A stretch of DNA of 64,000 nt from Salinivirgaceae bacterium (GTDB lineage Bacteria > Bacteroidota > Bacteroidia > Bacteroidales > SZUA-534). The stretch's first letter is position 1. Each line of letters begins with the position of its first letter. The notes below the pieces were generated by a model that had not been told where the DNA came from, searched no databases, and saw only the letters and a list, made by a program, of their open reading frames with translations. A program made the translations under genes and the position numbers. Shown here one piece after another: positions 1-9,160 of the stretch. The stretch spans positions 96,001 to 160,000 of the forward strand of contig JAKSOL010000002.1 of assembly GCA_024405635.1 (NCBI GenBank), in the 5' to 3' direction.

Positions 1-1079
1 CCTTTGCCCTCTGAATGGTGTACTGAGTAAATAAGTTTGCCGTCAAATGTTTTGAAAATCATTCCGTGACCTGAATTGTTTGCCAAGAAAGGTTCTGGTT
101 CTTGAATCCAAGGTCCTGCAATTGTGCCCGATTCGGAATAGCAAACGCATTGAATGTAGCGCCCCTTTCCCCAACTTGACCAAAGCATGCCAAGTCGGCC
201 AGTTTCTGTGCGGAACATTTGAGGTCCGTCGGTTACCCAGCCTGGCATTTTAAGTCCAAAAGTAGCTTCGCCATTTACGTTCATCTCAACAACAGCTGGG
301 TTTTCGCTTGCACGAAACATTGTTACTGGTTTTTCTGAAACAGTGTATGACAAGTCGTCCGACAATTCAATATAGTCCATGGTGCCGTCAATAATTTGAG
401 TCCACTCGTGCACAAAAACCATATATTTTTTGCCGTTTTCTTCATACAATGTTCCGTCAATACAATCCCAATTGTGAGGCTCGTAGTCGTATCCTGGTTC
501 TATAGCAAAACTCTCAAACGGACCCTCGGGCGATTTTGAACGTAGCAAATAAGTTTGGTTGTGAGGAACATTGTAACGGCGAGCAACTTGTTCAATCAAA
601 TCGCTATGGTCGCTCCATGTGCCAGCATAGTAGTAGTAATCGCCAATTTTGTGAATTTCGGCTGCTGCAGCAAAACCGGCTCTTTCAAGCCACAATCCTT
701 CAATATTTATTACGTTGTATGGGCCTTCCCACATAACAAGGTCTTTGCTTCGCCATTGGCGGCCGCCTGACGATGTGAGATAGTATGTTTTTGTAGCCTC
801 GTCGGCATAAATGTAAGGGTCGCTCATTGAAAGGTCGTTGAAATGAACTGTGCGAATTTTGTCCATTTCGGCTCTGCGGGCAGCTATTCTAGCTGCTAAT
901 CCTGTGGTGTCGGTTGTGTGTGTGCCGCCAAAGTTGTTTTGTCCTGGGTCGGCTATTGGAGCCTGTTCTCCTGGCTCAACAACTGGGTATGGGTTTGTTT
1001 TGACCTTTGTTGTTTGGTCGCTTGTGCAAGCCGATGCTGCCAATAGCAGAGCGGTTGCTAACGGAAATAGTTTTTTCAT
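1..1079 (-). CDS. Glycoside hydrolase family 43 lipoprotein (3' end runs off window)
   Basis: Manually translated from ATG at 1079: MKKLFPLATALLLAASAC (lipobox), then GH43 beta-propeller motifs MSDPYI, AAEIHKIG-YY, SPEGPF, CIDGTLY, VFVHEW, TDGPQ, GHGMIF. Missing from the ORF track because the stop lies outside the window. Confidence 0.85.
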   Translation of the reverse strand, partial: MKKLFPLATALLLAASACTSDQTTKVKTNPYPVVEPGEQAPIADPGQNNFGGTHTTDTTGLAARIAARRAEMDKIRTVHFNDLSMSDPYIYADEATKTYYLTSSGGRQWRSKDLVMWEGPYNVINIEGLWLERAGFAAAAEIHKIGDYYYYAGTWSDHSDLIEQVARRYNVPHNQTYLLRSKSPEGPFESFAIEPGYDYEPHNWDCIDGTLYEENGKKYMVFVHEWTQIIDGTMDYIELSDDLSYTVSEKPVTMFRASENPAVVEMNVNGEATFGLKMPGWVTDGPQMFRTETGRLGMLWSSWGKGRYIQCVCYSESGTIAGPWIQEPEPFLANNSGHGMIFKTFDGKLIYSVHHSEGK

Positions 1080-1266
1080 TGTAATTTTAATTTGGTTGTA
1101 CTTTAAATAAATATAATAGTGTAGAATTATTCAGGGCTATAACTCTTTGCAAGATAGTACTTTGTCGAAGAAATACAAAACTTGAACGCCCTTGTAAAAT
1201 TGGATATAATGGTCCACTCGCTCTTGTTTTTTTTAGATTATATATTGGAGCATGAACCTACAAAAC

Positions 1267-1299
1267 AAAAAAAGAGCGACGAAAATTCGCCGCTCTTTT
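1267..1299 (-). terminator. Intrinsic terminator after galM
   Basis: Minus strand GAGCGGCGAA-TT-TTCGTCGCTC followed by a T-run. Confidence 0.75.
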
Positions 1300-1321
1300 A
1301 TTTTGTAACCAAAGTGCTTTT

Positions 1322-2428
1322 TTACTTTTTAACGTCGAACTTGTAAATGCAAACGTGGTTGTAAGTTTCGCCAGGACGCAAAACAGTAGAAGGGAAGTTT
1401 GCGTGGTTTGGCGAGTCTGGATAGTGCTGAGTTTCAAGGCACAAAGCCGAACGACGAGCATACAATGCACCGCCTTTTCCTTTTTGAGTTCCGTTAAGGA
1501 AGTTGCCAGCATAGAATTGCATAGCTGGTTCGGTTGTGTAAACAGTCATAGTACGGCCGCTTTTGTCGTCAACAACTAAAGCAGCTTTACGTAGGCCGTC
1601 GGCATCTGTTTCGCCCGATAGTACCCAGTTGTGGTCGTAACCGCCACCAAGTTTAATTTGTTCGTGGTTAGCGTCAATGCCATCGCCAATTACCGAAAGT
1701 TTGCGTAGGTCGAATGGTGTGCCATCAACAGGCATAAGTTCACCAGTAGGAATTAGCGCGCTGTCAACTGGGGTAATGTTGTCGGCAAATATTTGGATTT
1801 TTTCGTCGCAAATTGTTGGATTACCTTCTCCTGAAAGATTGAAGAAAGAGTGGTGAGTTAGATTGCAAACTGTTGGTTTGTTGGTGGTTGCTGAGTAAAT
1901 TAGTTTCAACGATCCGCAATCGCAAAGTGTGTAGGTTAGTTTCATTTTAAGTTCGCCAGGATAGCCCATTTCGCCATCGGCTGAAGTGTATGTAAACTCT
2001 ATGGTTTTGTCGTCAATTTGGTTTGCGTCAAATGCTTTTGCGTAAAAACCTTGGGTGCCGCCATGTAGTGAGTTTGCATTTTCGTTTACTTCAACTTGAT
2101 ACTCTACGCCATCAAGTGTAAATTTTCCTTTGCCGATACGGTTGCCATAGCGGCCAATAGTTGCACCAAAGAAAGGTTCGCCTACGCCTTTTGCGTTGTC
2201 GCATGCAAGGTATTCGTCCAAAGTGCTGTAGCCAAGAACTACGTCGGCAAATTCTCCTTTTGCATCTGGTACATATAGGGTAACCAATTTTGCACCATGG
2301 TTAATCAACTGTGCTACCATACCAGTTTTTTCGTTTTTTAGGGTATAGAGCTTTACTACTTTGCCATCAACAGTGGCTTCTCCAAAGGCTTTAGGACAAA
2401 GACCTAGTTTTTCGTTTAATGCTGTCAT
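1322..2428 (-). CDS. galM: Aldose 1-epimerase (galactose mutarotase)
   Basis: GATIGRYGNRI, NSLHGG, GYPG, NLTHHSFFNL, GYDHNW, CLETQHYPDSPN motifs. Confidence 0.95.
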   Translation of the reverse strand: MTALNEKLGLCPKAFGEATVDGKVVKLYTLKNEKTGMVAQLINHGAKLVTLYVPDAKGEFADVVLGYSTLDEYLACDNAKGVGEPFFGATIGRYGNRIGKGKFTLDGVEYQVEVNENANSLHGGTQGFYAKAFDANQIDDKTIEFTYTSADGEMGYPGELKMKLTYTLCDCGSLKLIYSATTNKPTVCNLTHHSFFNLSGEGNPTICDEKIQIFADNITPVDSALIPTGELMPVDGTPFDLRKLSVIGDGIDANHEQIKLGGGYDHNWVLSGETDADGLRKAALVVDDKSGRTMTVYTTEPAMQFYAGNFLNGTQKGKGGALYARRSALCLETQHYPDSPNHANFPSTVLRPGETYNHVCIYKFDVKK

Positions 2429-2644
2429 TGTAATTGCATTTATTAAGTAATTAATTCAGTTATTTAGGTTTATGTGTTCTGTTTTGTGGTGGGCAGTTGC
2501 GTCGCACAAGTCAAAACGGGCATAACGCAATTGCGCTTTGCCGTTATAAACGGTAGTAAATGTAAATAATATCGCGATATGCGAGCAGAATATTGTTTTT
2601 GTATCAAAAATTTAGCGAATAAGTTTTGTGCTGAAGTAGATAAC

Positions 2645-2679
2645 AAAAAAGCGCTCCAACAAATTTTGTTGGAGCGCTT
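2645..2679 (-). terminator. Intrinsic terminator after pnp
   Basis: GCGCTCCAACAAA/TTTGTTGGAGCGC perfect stem with T-run on the minus strand. Confidence 0.85.
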
Positions 2680-2701
2680 CAACTTATGTGTTTAAGAGTT
2701 A

Positions 2702-4906
2702 TTACTCTTTGTGGCCGTTGTGGTCAGGACGAGGTCCGTTGCTACGTTTAGGCTCAACGTAACCCTCTGGTTTTGGCAACAACACTTTGCGAGAAAGTTT
2801 CAACTTGCCAGCTTTGTCAATGTCGAGCAACTTAACGTCAATCTCGTCACCTTCTTTTAGCACGTCTTCAACTTTTTCAAGGCGGCGCCATTCAATTTCA
2901 GAGATGTGCAACAAACCTTCTTTTCCAGGAAGAATCTCAACAAATGCACCAAAAGTTACAATCGATTTGATTTTTCCGCGATATACTTCGCCAACTTCTG
3001 GAACAGCTACAATGCCTTTAATGCGGGCAATAGCTTTGTCAATTGACTCTTTGTTGTTTGCAACAACCTCAACTTTGCCCATGTTGTCAATTTCTTCAAT
3101 TGAGATAATGGTACCAGTTGTAGCTTGAATTTCTTGAATAATTTTTCCACCGGGGCCTATTACTGCACCAATTGATTCTTTTGGAATGTTCAAGGTAACA
3201 ATGCGAGGTGCGTGTGGTTTAAGGTCAGCACGAGGTTCGGCAATAGTTTCTTGAATTCTGTCAAGAATATACATACGGCCCTCGTGAGCTTGAGCAAGTG
3301 CATTTTCAAGAATCTCGTAGCTCAAACCATCAACTTTGATGTCCATTTGGCAAGCGGTCAAACCATCGCGAGTACCTGTGGTTTTGAAGTCCATGTCGCC
3401 AAGGTGATCCTCGTCGCCAAGAATATCGCTCAAAATTGCGTAGTTGGTTCCTTTGTTCTCTGAAATAAGCCCCATTGCGATACCTGAAACTGGTTTTTTG
3501 ATTTTTACACCAGCGTCCATCAAAGCCAATGTGCCAGCGCAAACTGTTGCCATACTTGACGAACCATTTGACTCAAGAATATCAGATACAACACGAACTA
3601 CGTATGGGTAGTCGTCAGGGACCATGGTTTTTAATGCGCGGCAAGCTAAGTTTCCGTGACCAATCTCGCGGCGGCCAACTCCACGTTGAGCTTTAGCCTC
3701 GCCTGTTGAGAATGGAGGGAAGTTATAGTGTAGCATAAAACGCTCGTTTCCTTTTATCAATGCCTCGTCAATCATTTTTTCGTCTTGTTTTGTACCAAGA
3801 GTAACGGTGCAAAGCGATTGGGTCTCGCCACGAGTAAAGATTGAAGATCCGTGAGGTCCAGGTAGGTAACCAACTTCTGACCAAATAGGACGAATCTCGT
3901 TGGTTTTGCGGCCGTCAAGACGTTTGCCCTCGTCAAGAATTGAACGGCGCATAGCCTCGCGCTCAACATCGTGATAGTAGCGGTCAATTAAAGCGCCTTT
4001 AAGTTCAAGTTCTTCTTCGCTAAACTGAGCTTTAAACTCGTCGCGTATTTGAGAGAACATAGCCTCGCGGTGATGTTTATCGGTGTCGCACGAAGTTGCT
4101 TGTGCATAAGCTTTTGCGTAGCACTCGTCGTGAACGCGTTGACGAAGTTCTTCGTCGTTGTCTTCGTGGCAATATTCGCGTTTAACGGTTTTGCCTGCAG
4201 TCTCCATCAATTCAATTTGAGCTTGGCATTGAACCTTAATAGCCTCGTGTGCTGCTTTTATAGCTTCAAGCATGTCGGCTTCTGATACCTCTTTCATTTC
4301 GCCCTCAACCATCATAATGTTGTCTAAGGTTGCGGCAACCATCAATTCGATGTCGGCTTTTTCAAGTTGCTCAAATGTTGGGTTAATAACCATTTGACCA
4401 TCGATGCGAGCTACTCGAACTTCTGAAATTGGACCTTCAAATGGAATGTCGCTCACAGCCAAAGCTGCTGAAGCTGCCAAACCTGCAATGCTATCTGGCA
4501 TGTCAATTCCGTCGGCCGAGTAAAGTGTTACGTTTACAAAAGTTTCGGCATGATAGTTTGAAGGGAATAGTGGACGCAATGCACGGTCAACCAAGCGTGC
4601 AATAAGAATCTCGTAGTCAGATGCACGACCTTCGCGACGAGTAAATCCGCCTGGGAATCGACCGTTTGATGCGAACTTTTCTTTGTATTCCACGGTCAAC
4701 GGCATAAAGTCGGTGCCAGGAATTGCGTCTTTTGCTGAACAAACGGTGGCAAGTACCATTGTTTGTCCCATGGTTACCATAACGGCGCCATCGGCTTGTT
4801 TTGCCAACTTGCCTGTCTCAATTTTGATTACACGGCCGTCTGGTAGTGTAATCTCTTTGTTGACTACATTGCAACCATGTAGTTTCTTTTCGTTTACATT
4901 ATCCAT
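2702..4906 (-). CDS. pnp: Polyribonucleotide nucleotidyltransferase (PNPase)
   Basis: [19 protein letters not shown]-like, [16 protein letters not shown] (IGPGGK) and S1 domains; start set at ATG 4906. Confidence 0.97.
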   Translation of the reverse strand: MDNVNEKKLHGCNVVNKEITLPDGRVIKIETGKLAKQADGAVMVTMGQTMVLATVCSAKDAIPGTDFMPLTVEYKEKFASNGRFPGGFTRREGRASDYEILIARLVDRALRPLFPSNYHAETFVNVTLYSADGIDMPDSIAGLAASAALAVSDIPFEGPISEVRVARIDGQMVINPTFEQLEKADIELMVAATLDNIMMVEGEMKEVSEADMLEAIKAAHEAIKVQCQAQIELMETAGKTVKREYCHEDNDEELRQRVHDECYAKAYAQATSCDTDKHHREAMFSQIRDEFKAQFSEEELELKGALIDRYYHDVEREAMRRSILDEGKRLDGRKTNEIRPIWSEVGYLPGPHGSSIFTRGETQSLCTVTLGTKQDEKMIDEALIKGNERFMLHYNFPPFSTGEAKAQRGVGRREIGHGNLACRALKTMVPDDYPYVVRVVSDILESNGSSSMATVCAGTLALMDAGVKIKKPVSGIAMGLISENKGTNYAILSDILGDEDHLGDMDFKTTGTRDGLTACQMDIKVDGLSYEILENALAQAHEGRMYILDRIQETIAEPRADLKPHAPRIVTLNIPKESIGAVIGPGGKIIQEIQATTGTIISIEEIDNMGKVEVVANNKESIDKAIARIKGIVAVPEVGEVYRGKIKSIVTFGAFVEILPGKEGLLHISEIEWRRLEKVEDVLKEGDEIDVKLLDIDKAGKLKLSRKVLLPKPEGYVEPKRSNGPRPDHNGHKE

Positions 4907-4980
4907 AAATTTCTGATTTACTGATTGTTGGTTTCCTCTTTTAGCCAACAATCTGATTTATAATTAGAGAAAATAATCGC

Positions 4981-4988
4981 CAAATGTA
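4981..4988 (-). promoter_or_regulatory. Bacteroidota sigma-A -7 box (TACATTTG) for pnp
   Basis: Matches TAnnTTTG about 75 bp upstream of the pnp start. Confidence 0.55.
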
Positions 4989-4997
4989 TATATGCGC

Positions 4998-5024
4998 AAA
5001 TAGCAGCCTAATGAGCTGCTATTT
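4998..5024 (-). terminator. Hairpin between rpsO and pnp (probable rpsO terminator)
   Basis: AAATAGCAGC...GCTGCTATTT inverted repeat. Confidence 0.5.
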
Positions 5025-5067
5025 AAGATTTTATAAACAAAAAAAGGCAACTTAATGCCTCTTTTTG

Positions 5068-5337
5068 CTACTTTCTCAAGTTCAAAGCTTTAATAAGCTC
5101 GCGATACTTTTCAATGTCTTTGCTCTTCAAGTAAGCCAAAGCGTTGCGACGTTTACCTACCAATTGAAGTAGTGAGCGTTGTGTACCAACGTCTTTTTTG
5201 TTGGCTTTCATGTGCTCGGTAAGGTGGTTGATTCTGTAGGTGAACAATGCAATTTGTCCCTCTGTTGAACCAGTGTCTTTTGCGCTTTTGCCATAGGTAG
5301 CAAAAAACTCTTGTTTTTGTTCTGCTGTTAAATACAT
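5068..5337 (-). CDS. rpsO: 30S ribosomal protein S15
   Basis: DTGSTEGQIALFT, LVGKRR, 89 aa, canonical rpsO-pnp synteny. Confidence 0.98.
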   Translation of the reverse strand: MYLTAEQKQEFFATYGKSAKDTGSTEGQIALFTYRINHLTEHMKANKKDVGTQRSLLQLVGKRRNALAYLKSKDIEKYRELIKALNLRK

Positions 5338-5384
5338 TACTTATTAGTATTAAATGTGTTAATATCTGCTTTTTTTACAAGCGA

Positions 5385-5392
5385 CAAAAGTA
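5385..5392 (-). promoter_or_regulatory. -7 box (TACTTTTG) for rpsO
   Basis: TAnnTTTG consensus about 50 bp upstream of the start. Confidence 0.6.
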
Positions 5393-5472
5393 TATATTTT
5401 TTTGTTACTGCAAACAATTTTCGCCTTTGCCTTTTGTTCTTTTTGGTTGCGTTTTTAAAATCTGCATCGATG

Positions 5473-6804
5473 CTACATTTCGCCTATCAATACGTCGGCT
5501 GATTGGTTGCGATAAATCGCTATTTTTTCAGTGTATTTATTGCGTATAATATTTAGATTGTCAATGGGTAGTTCAATGTTCTCGCCGTGATTGTCAATTA
5601 TTTCCTCAACGTATTTTAGTGTGTATTTGCTTGTGTCGGTTGATGGACAGTATCCTATTTCTTGTCGGCTTTCGTCAATCAACACTTCGTTAATTAGTTT
5701 GCATTGAGTTAGTTGCTGAATTAAGCTTAGTAGCAGTCGCTGGGGAATGTGGAGCATGCTTGACATTTGCTTGCAAGTTTGTGGTTGCTCGCCATTTTTG
5801 AATTGTTTAATTATGTGATTCAGCACAACAATTAGCATCACCTTGCGGCTTACAAGGCTCATGTTTTCGGTTTCGTGCTCATATTCATACATTTCAATGT
5901 TTTGGCTGGCAAACGATAGTTCGGCGCCAAATAACAATATTAGCCAACTTAATTGTAGCCACATTAACAATAGTGGAATGGCGGCAAAACTGCCGTAAAT
6001 GGCGTTGTAGCGTGCGGCTCCAACTTGAAGTGTTATGTATGCCCATTCTGTTACCATAAAGGCTGTGCCTGCTATTATTCCTGCAATTAAACCTGGTAAA
6101 AACGATACTTTGGTGTTTGGTATGGCAATGTATATAAAGGTAAACAATACCCACATTATTACCATTGGCGATAGTTTAATAAGGTTTTGTAGTACAGGAC
6201 TGGCTACTTTGGCAAGCGAGTAGTTGTTTATCATGTCGTTTACTGCCGAACTGAAATAAACGTTTAGTGCGCTTGAGGCTAACAACAATATTGGTACAAT
6301 AATAAGAATGGCCAAATAGTCGGTTACTTTGCGTACAAGGGTGCGCTGCGTTTTTATTTGCCAAATGTCGTTTATTTGTTCTTCAATGTTCATTAGCATT
6401 TTTACAACTGCCCAAAATATAACACCAACACCAATAATGGCGGCAATGCCGTTGTGCATGTTGTCGAGCAGGTTGTGCGACACGTCAATAAGAACGTTCA
6501 TTATGTCTTGTTGCTCCTTAAAGTTTTCGGTAATGGCATTTTGTAATACTTGTTCAAGGCCTAGTGCTTGTGCTATAAAAAATACCAAAGCTAACATTGG
6601 AACCAACGCAAAAACTGTTAGGTAGGTTAGTGCCGATGCTTTGGTTTGTACGTTGTTCTCAGTAAATCCTCTAACAGTTAGCATTACCACTCGCAGGTAA
6701 TGAAACATTTTTTTGAATTTTGGAGATAGTGTGTCGAGATTGATGCTCCAAAGGTCGTGAAATAAAAATTTATGAGCCTGATTGATTAGCGATTTAATAT
6801 CCAT
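5473..6804 (-). CDS. YihY/virulence factor BrkB family inner-membrane protein with C-terminal wHTH-like extension
   Basis: ASALTYLTVFALVP, IYGSFAAIPLLLMWLQLSW-LLFGAE, about 6 TM segments; start set at ATG 6804 (MDIKS). Confidence 0.9.
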   Translation of the reverse strand: MDIKSLINQAHKFLFHDLWSINLDTLSPKFKKMFHYLRVVMLTVRGFTENNVQTKASALTYLTVFALVPMLALVFFIAQALGLEQVLQNAITENFKEQQDIMNVLIDVSHNLLDNMHNGIAAIIGVGVIFWAVVKMLMNIEEQINDIWQIKTQRTLVRKVTDYLAILIIVPILLLASSALNVYFSSAVNDMINNYSLAKVASPVLQNLIKLSPMVIMWVLFTFIYIAIPNTKVSFLPGLIAGIIAGTAFMVTEWAYITLQVGAARYNAIYGSFAAIPLLLMWLQLSWLILLFGAELSFASQNIEMYEYEHETENMSLVSRKVMLIVVLNHIIKQFKNGEQPQTCKQMSSMLHIPQRLLLSLIQQLTQCKLINEVLIDESRQEIGYCPSTDTSKYTLKYVEEIIDNHGENIELPIDNLNIIRNKYTEKIAIYRNQSADVLIGEM

Positions 6805-6989
6805 TGTGGTTTGTGCTTGTTGTTTTACATGGCGGCAAAAGTAGTTTTTATTCAATGTTGATGCCGTAATAATTGGCAAGAGTGCATAAACACTCCGTAA
6901 ATGCATTACCACTTGCGTGAGGTTAACATTATTATATATGTGTAACTAACACTTAAAATCTCTGCGTATTTTTGTAAAAAAATAAAACA

Positions 6990-7490
6990 ATGGAAAAGCC
7001 TTTGCAACTATCGGTAATTGTGGCTATTGATGCCAATAACGGAATTGGAAAAGATAATCAATTGTTGGCCAGCATTTCGGCCGACCTAAAACGCTTTAAA
7101 GCAATAACAAGTGGGCATACTGTTATAATGGGTCGCAATACATGGGAGTCGCTGCCTAAACGCCCGTTGCCAAATCGCCGAAATGTGGTTATAACTAGTC
7201 GAGAACTTGATGACGAAGGTGCTGAAGTTGTAGGCTCAGTGGAGGCTGCGCTTAATGTGACAGCAGCCGATGGCGAGGTGTTTGTTATGGGTGGCGCGTC
7301 GGTTTACAACCAAATGATGCCGTATGCCGATAAGTTGTACTTAACACTAATACACCGCGAGTTTGAAGCCGATGCTTTTTTCCCACAAATTGATTATTCG
7401 CAATGGCGCGAGGTAGAGCGAATTGATGTGGCAGATGATGAAAAAGTTGATTTTTCATACTCATTTGTAACGCTTGAAAGGGTAGAGTGA
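6990..7490 (+). CDS. folA: Dihydrofolate reductase
   Basis: IVAID-NNGIG, DLKRFK, VIMGRNTWES, PLPNRRNVVIT, VMGGASVY, DAFFP. Confidence 0.96.
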   Translation: MEKPLQLSVIVAIDANNGIGKDNQLLASISADLKRFKAITSGHTVIMGRNTWESLPKRPLPNRRNVVITSRELDDEGAEVVGSVEAALNVTAADGEVFVMGGASVYNQMMPYADKLYLTLIHREFEADAFFPQIDYSQWREVERIDVADDEKVDFSYSFVTLERVE

Positions 7491-7650
7491 GTTGCGAAAT
7501 TTATGAGTTGCCGTTGGTAATTTATCTCTAAAAACGGAGCTTTTTTGCCTAAAAATTATCGCTTGTAATGGATGGCTGAAAGACTTGATGCTTGTGCTAA
7601 ATATCTGAATATGAGCTAAAAATTACTTGAATTATGAGGTTGTGAAATCT

Positions 7651-7695
7651 AATACAAATTTGTGTAACACAAACTTGTGTAACACAAACTTGTGT
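7651..7695. repeat. Three tandem 15-bp near-palindromic repeats (AA[C/T]ACAAA[C/T]TTGTGT)
   Basis: AATACAAATTTGTGT / AACACAAACTTGTGT / AACACAAACTTGTGT at 7651, 7666 and 7681. Confidence 0.95.
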
Positions 7696-7741
7696 AATTG
7701 GGGAATATGTCATATTCTTGCAGTGTAAATAAACATCTATC

Positions 7742-8878
7742 ATGCATTTAACAAGTAAGACAAGGCCATTTATGTATGGTGTGGCGATTGATGAAAATCA
7801 TTTCATAGGTCGCCAAAAAGAGCAGTCGCGCTTGGCTGCTAACATGCGTGCTGGCATAAGTACTATTTTGATAGCGCCAAGAAGATATGGAAAGACATCG
7901 TTGGTTAACCGGGTTGCAAACGAAGTGTCAACTGACGAACTAATAGTAGTAAAGTTAGATGTCTTTGCATGCCGTGACGAATATGAATTCTACAACATGT
8001 TTGCCGAGGCGGTGCTTCATCAAACCTCGTCAAAATTTGAAGAGTGGCGCGAGAATGCAAGGTCGTTTATGGAGAGGTTGATGCCTAAAATATCATTTGC
8101 AACCGATGCTTTACAAGAGTATTCTGTAAGTCTGGGCATAACACCCAAGACACACAAACCCGAAGAGATTCTTGACTTGCCACAAATGATAGCAGAGAAA
8201 AAGAATTGTCGCATCGTGGTGTGTATCGACGAGTTTCAGCAAATAGGCGAAATGCCAGATTCCGTAAACATTCAAAAACGACTTAGGTCGGTGTGGCAAA
8301 ATCAATCGTTGGTTTCATATTGCCTTTATGGTAGCAAAAAACATCTGATGACCACTTTGTTTCAAAGTCGTAGTCATCCTTTCTATAAATTTGGCGATAC
8401 AATGTATCTTGATAGAATTGGTGAGGAAGATTGGTTGCCATATTTGAAAAGCCGCTATGAAGAACGTGGTTTGCAACTGCCTGATGATATGGCGCAAATT
8501 ATTTGTCAAAAAGTGCAACTGCACCCATCGTATGTTCAGCAATTGGCTTGGATGACGATGCTAAATACCAACGATATTGTAACAATGGATACTATTGGTT
8601 GCGCATTGAGTGATTTACTCAACGACAACGATGCGCTTTACTCTCAACAAACTGAGAGTTTGACTAAGTATCAAGTCAATTTCCTACGAGCATTGCTAGC
8701 AGGAGTTGAAGGCGGTTATGGAACAACCAAAACGCGCGACGAGTATGATTTGGGTACAGCATCAAATATTGCGCGAATTAAAACAGCCCTTACCGAGAAA
8801 GAATTAATTGAATCGGATGGTAAACGTTGCTTTATAGCTGATCCTGTGTTGCAATTGTGGCTAAAGAAACGACTTTAG
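7742..8878 (+). CDS. STAND/archaeal-type (ATPase_2/AAA_16-like) ATP-binding protein with C-terminal winged-helix
   Basis: PF-YG...FIGR N-terminus, Walker A APRRYGKT, Walker B VVCIDE, sensor YGSKKH, HPSYVQ, C-terminal helix-turn-helix-like region ending ADPVLQLW. Confidence 0.85.
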   Translation: MHLTSKTRPFMYGVAIDENHFIGRQKEQSRLAANMRAGISTILIAPRRYGKTSLVNRVANEVSTDELIVVKLDVFACRDEYEFYNMFAEAVLHQTSSKFEEWRENARSFMERLMPKISFATDALQEYSVSLGITPKTHKPEEILDLPQMIAEKKNCRIVVCIDEFQQIGEMPDSVNIQKRLRSVWQNQSLVSYCLYGSKKHLMTTLFQSRSHPFYKFGDTMYLDRIGEEDWLPYLKSRYEERGLQLPDDMAQIICQKVQLHPSYVQQLAWMTMLNTNDIVTMDTIGCALSDLLNDNDALYSQQTESLTKYQVNFLRALLAGVEGGYGTTKTRDEYDLGTASNIARIKTALTEKELIESDGKRCFIADPVLQLWLKKRL

Positions 8879-9160
8879 GTTTGGAAAAGGTTGAGTGTTA
8901 TTGTATAAAAGCTATCAAAGTGTACTCAATTTTCAAGGAGGAGCAAAAAATACCACAAAGACTCTACAAATACCAGTGGGACCACATTCACAACCCCGAA
9001 GCAGTGCTATTTTACTTGGCGAATAGTTATGTAAAATTTTCATTGCAATAGATCCATTTTTCCCGTTCTTAAAATGTGGAAAACCTATCTTGGTAGCCCC
9101 GCTTTCTTTTCTTACATTCGCGCAACTATTTCGAAACCATAATTTTTAAAACACATCTGA

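Noticed and set aside
7651-7695. Repeat array as a possible CRISPR
   Set aside because: Units are 15 bp, directly abut with no spacers, and no cas genes are present.
8857-9051. 64-aa ORF after the ATPase gene
   Set aside because: GTG start inside the ATPase gene and no recognisable motif; cannot be supported as a partner gene.
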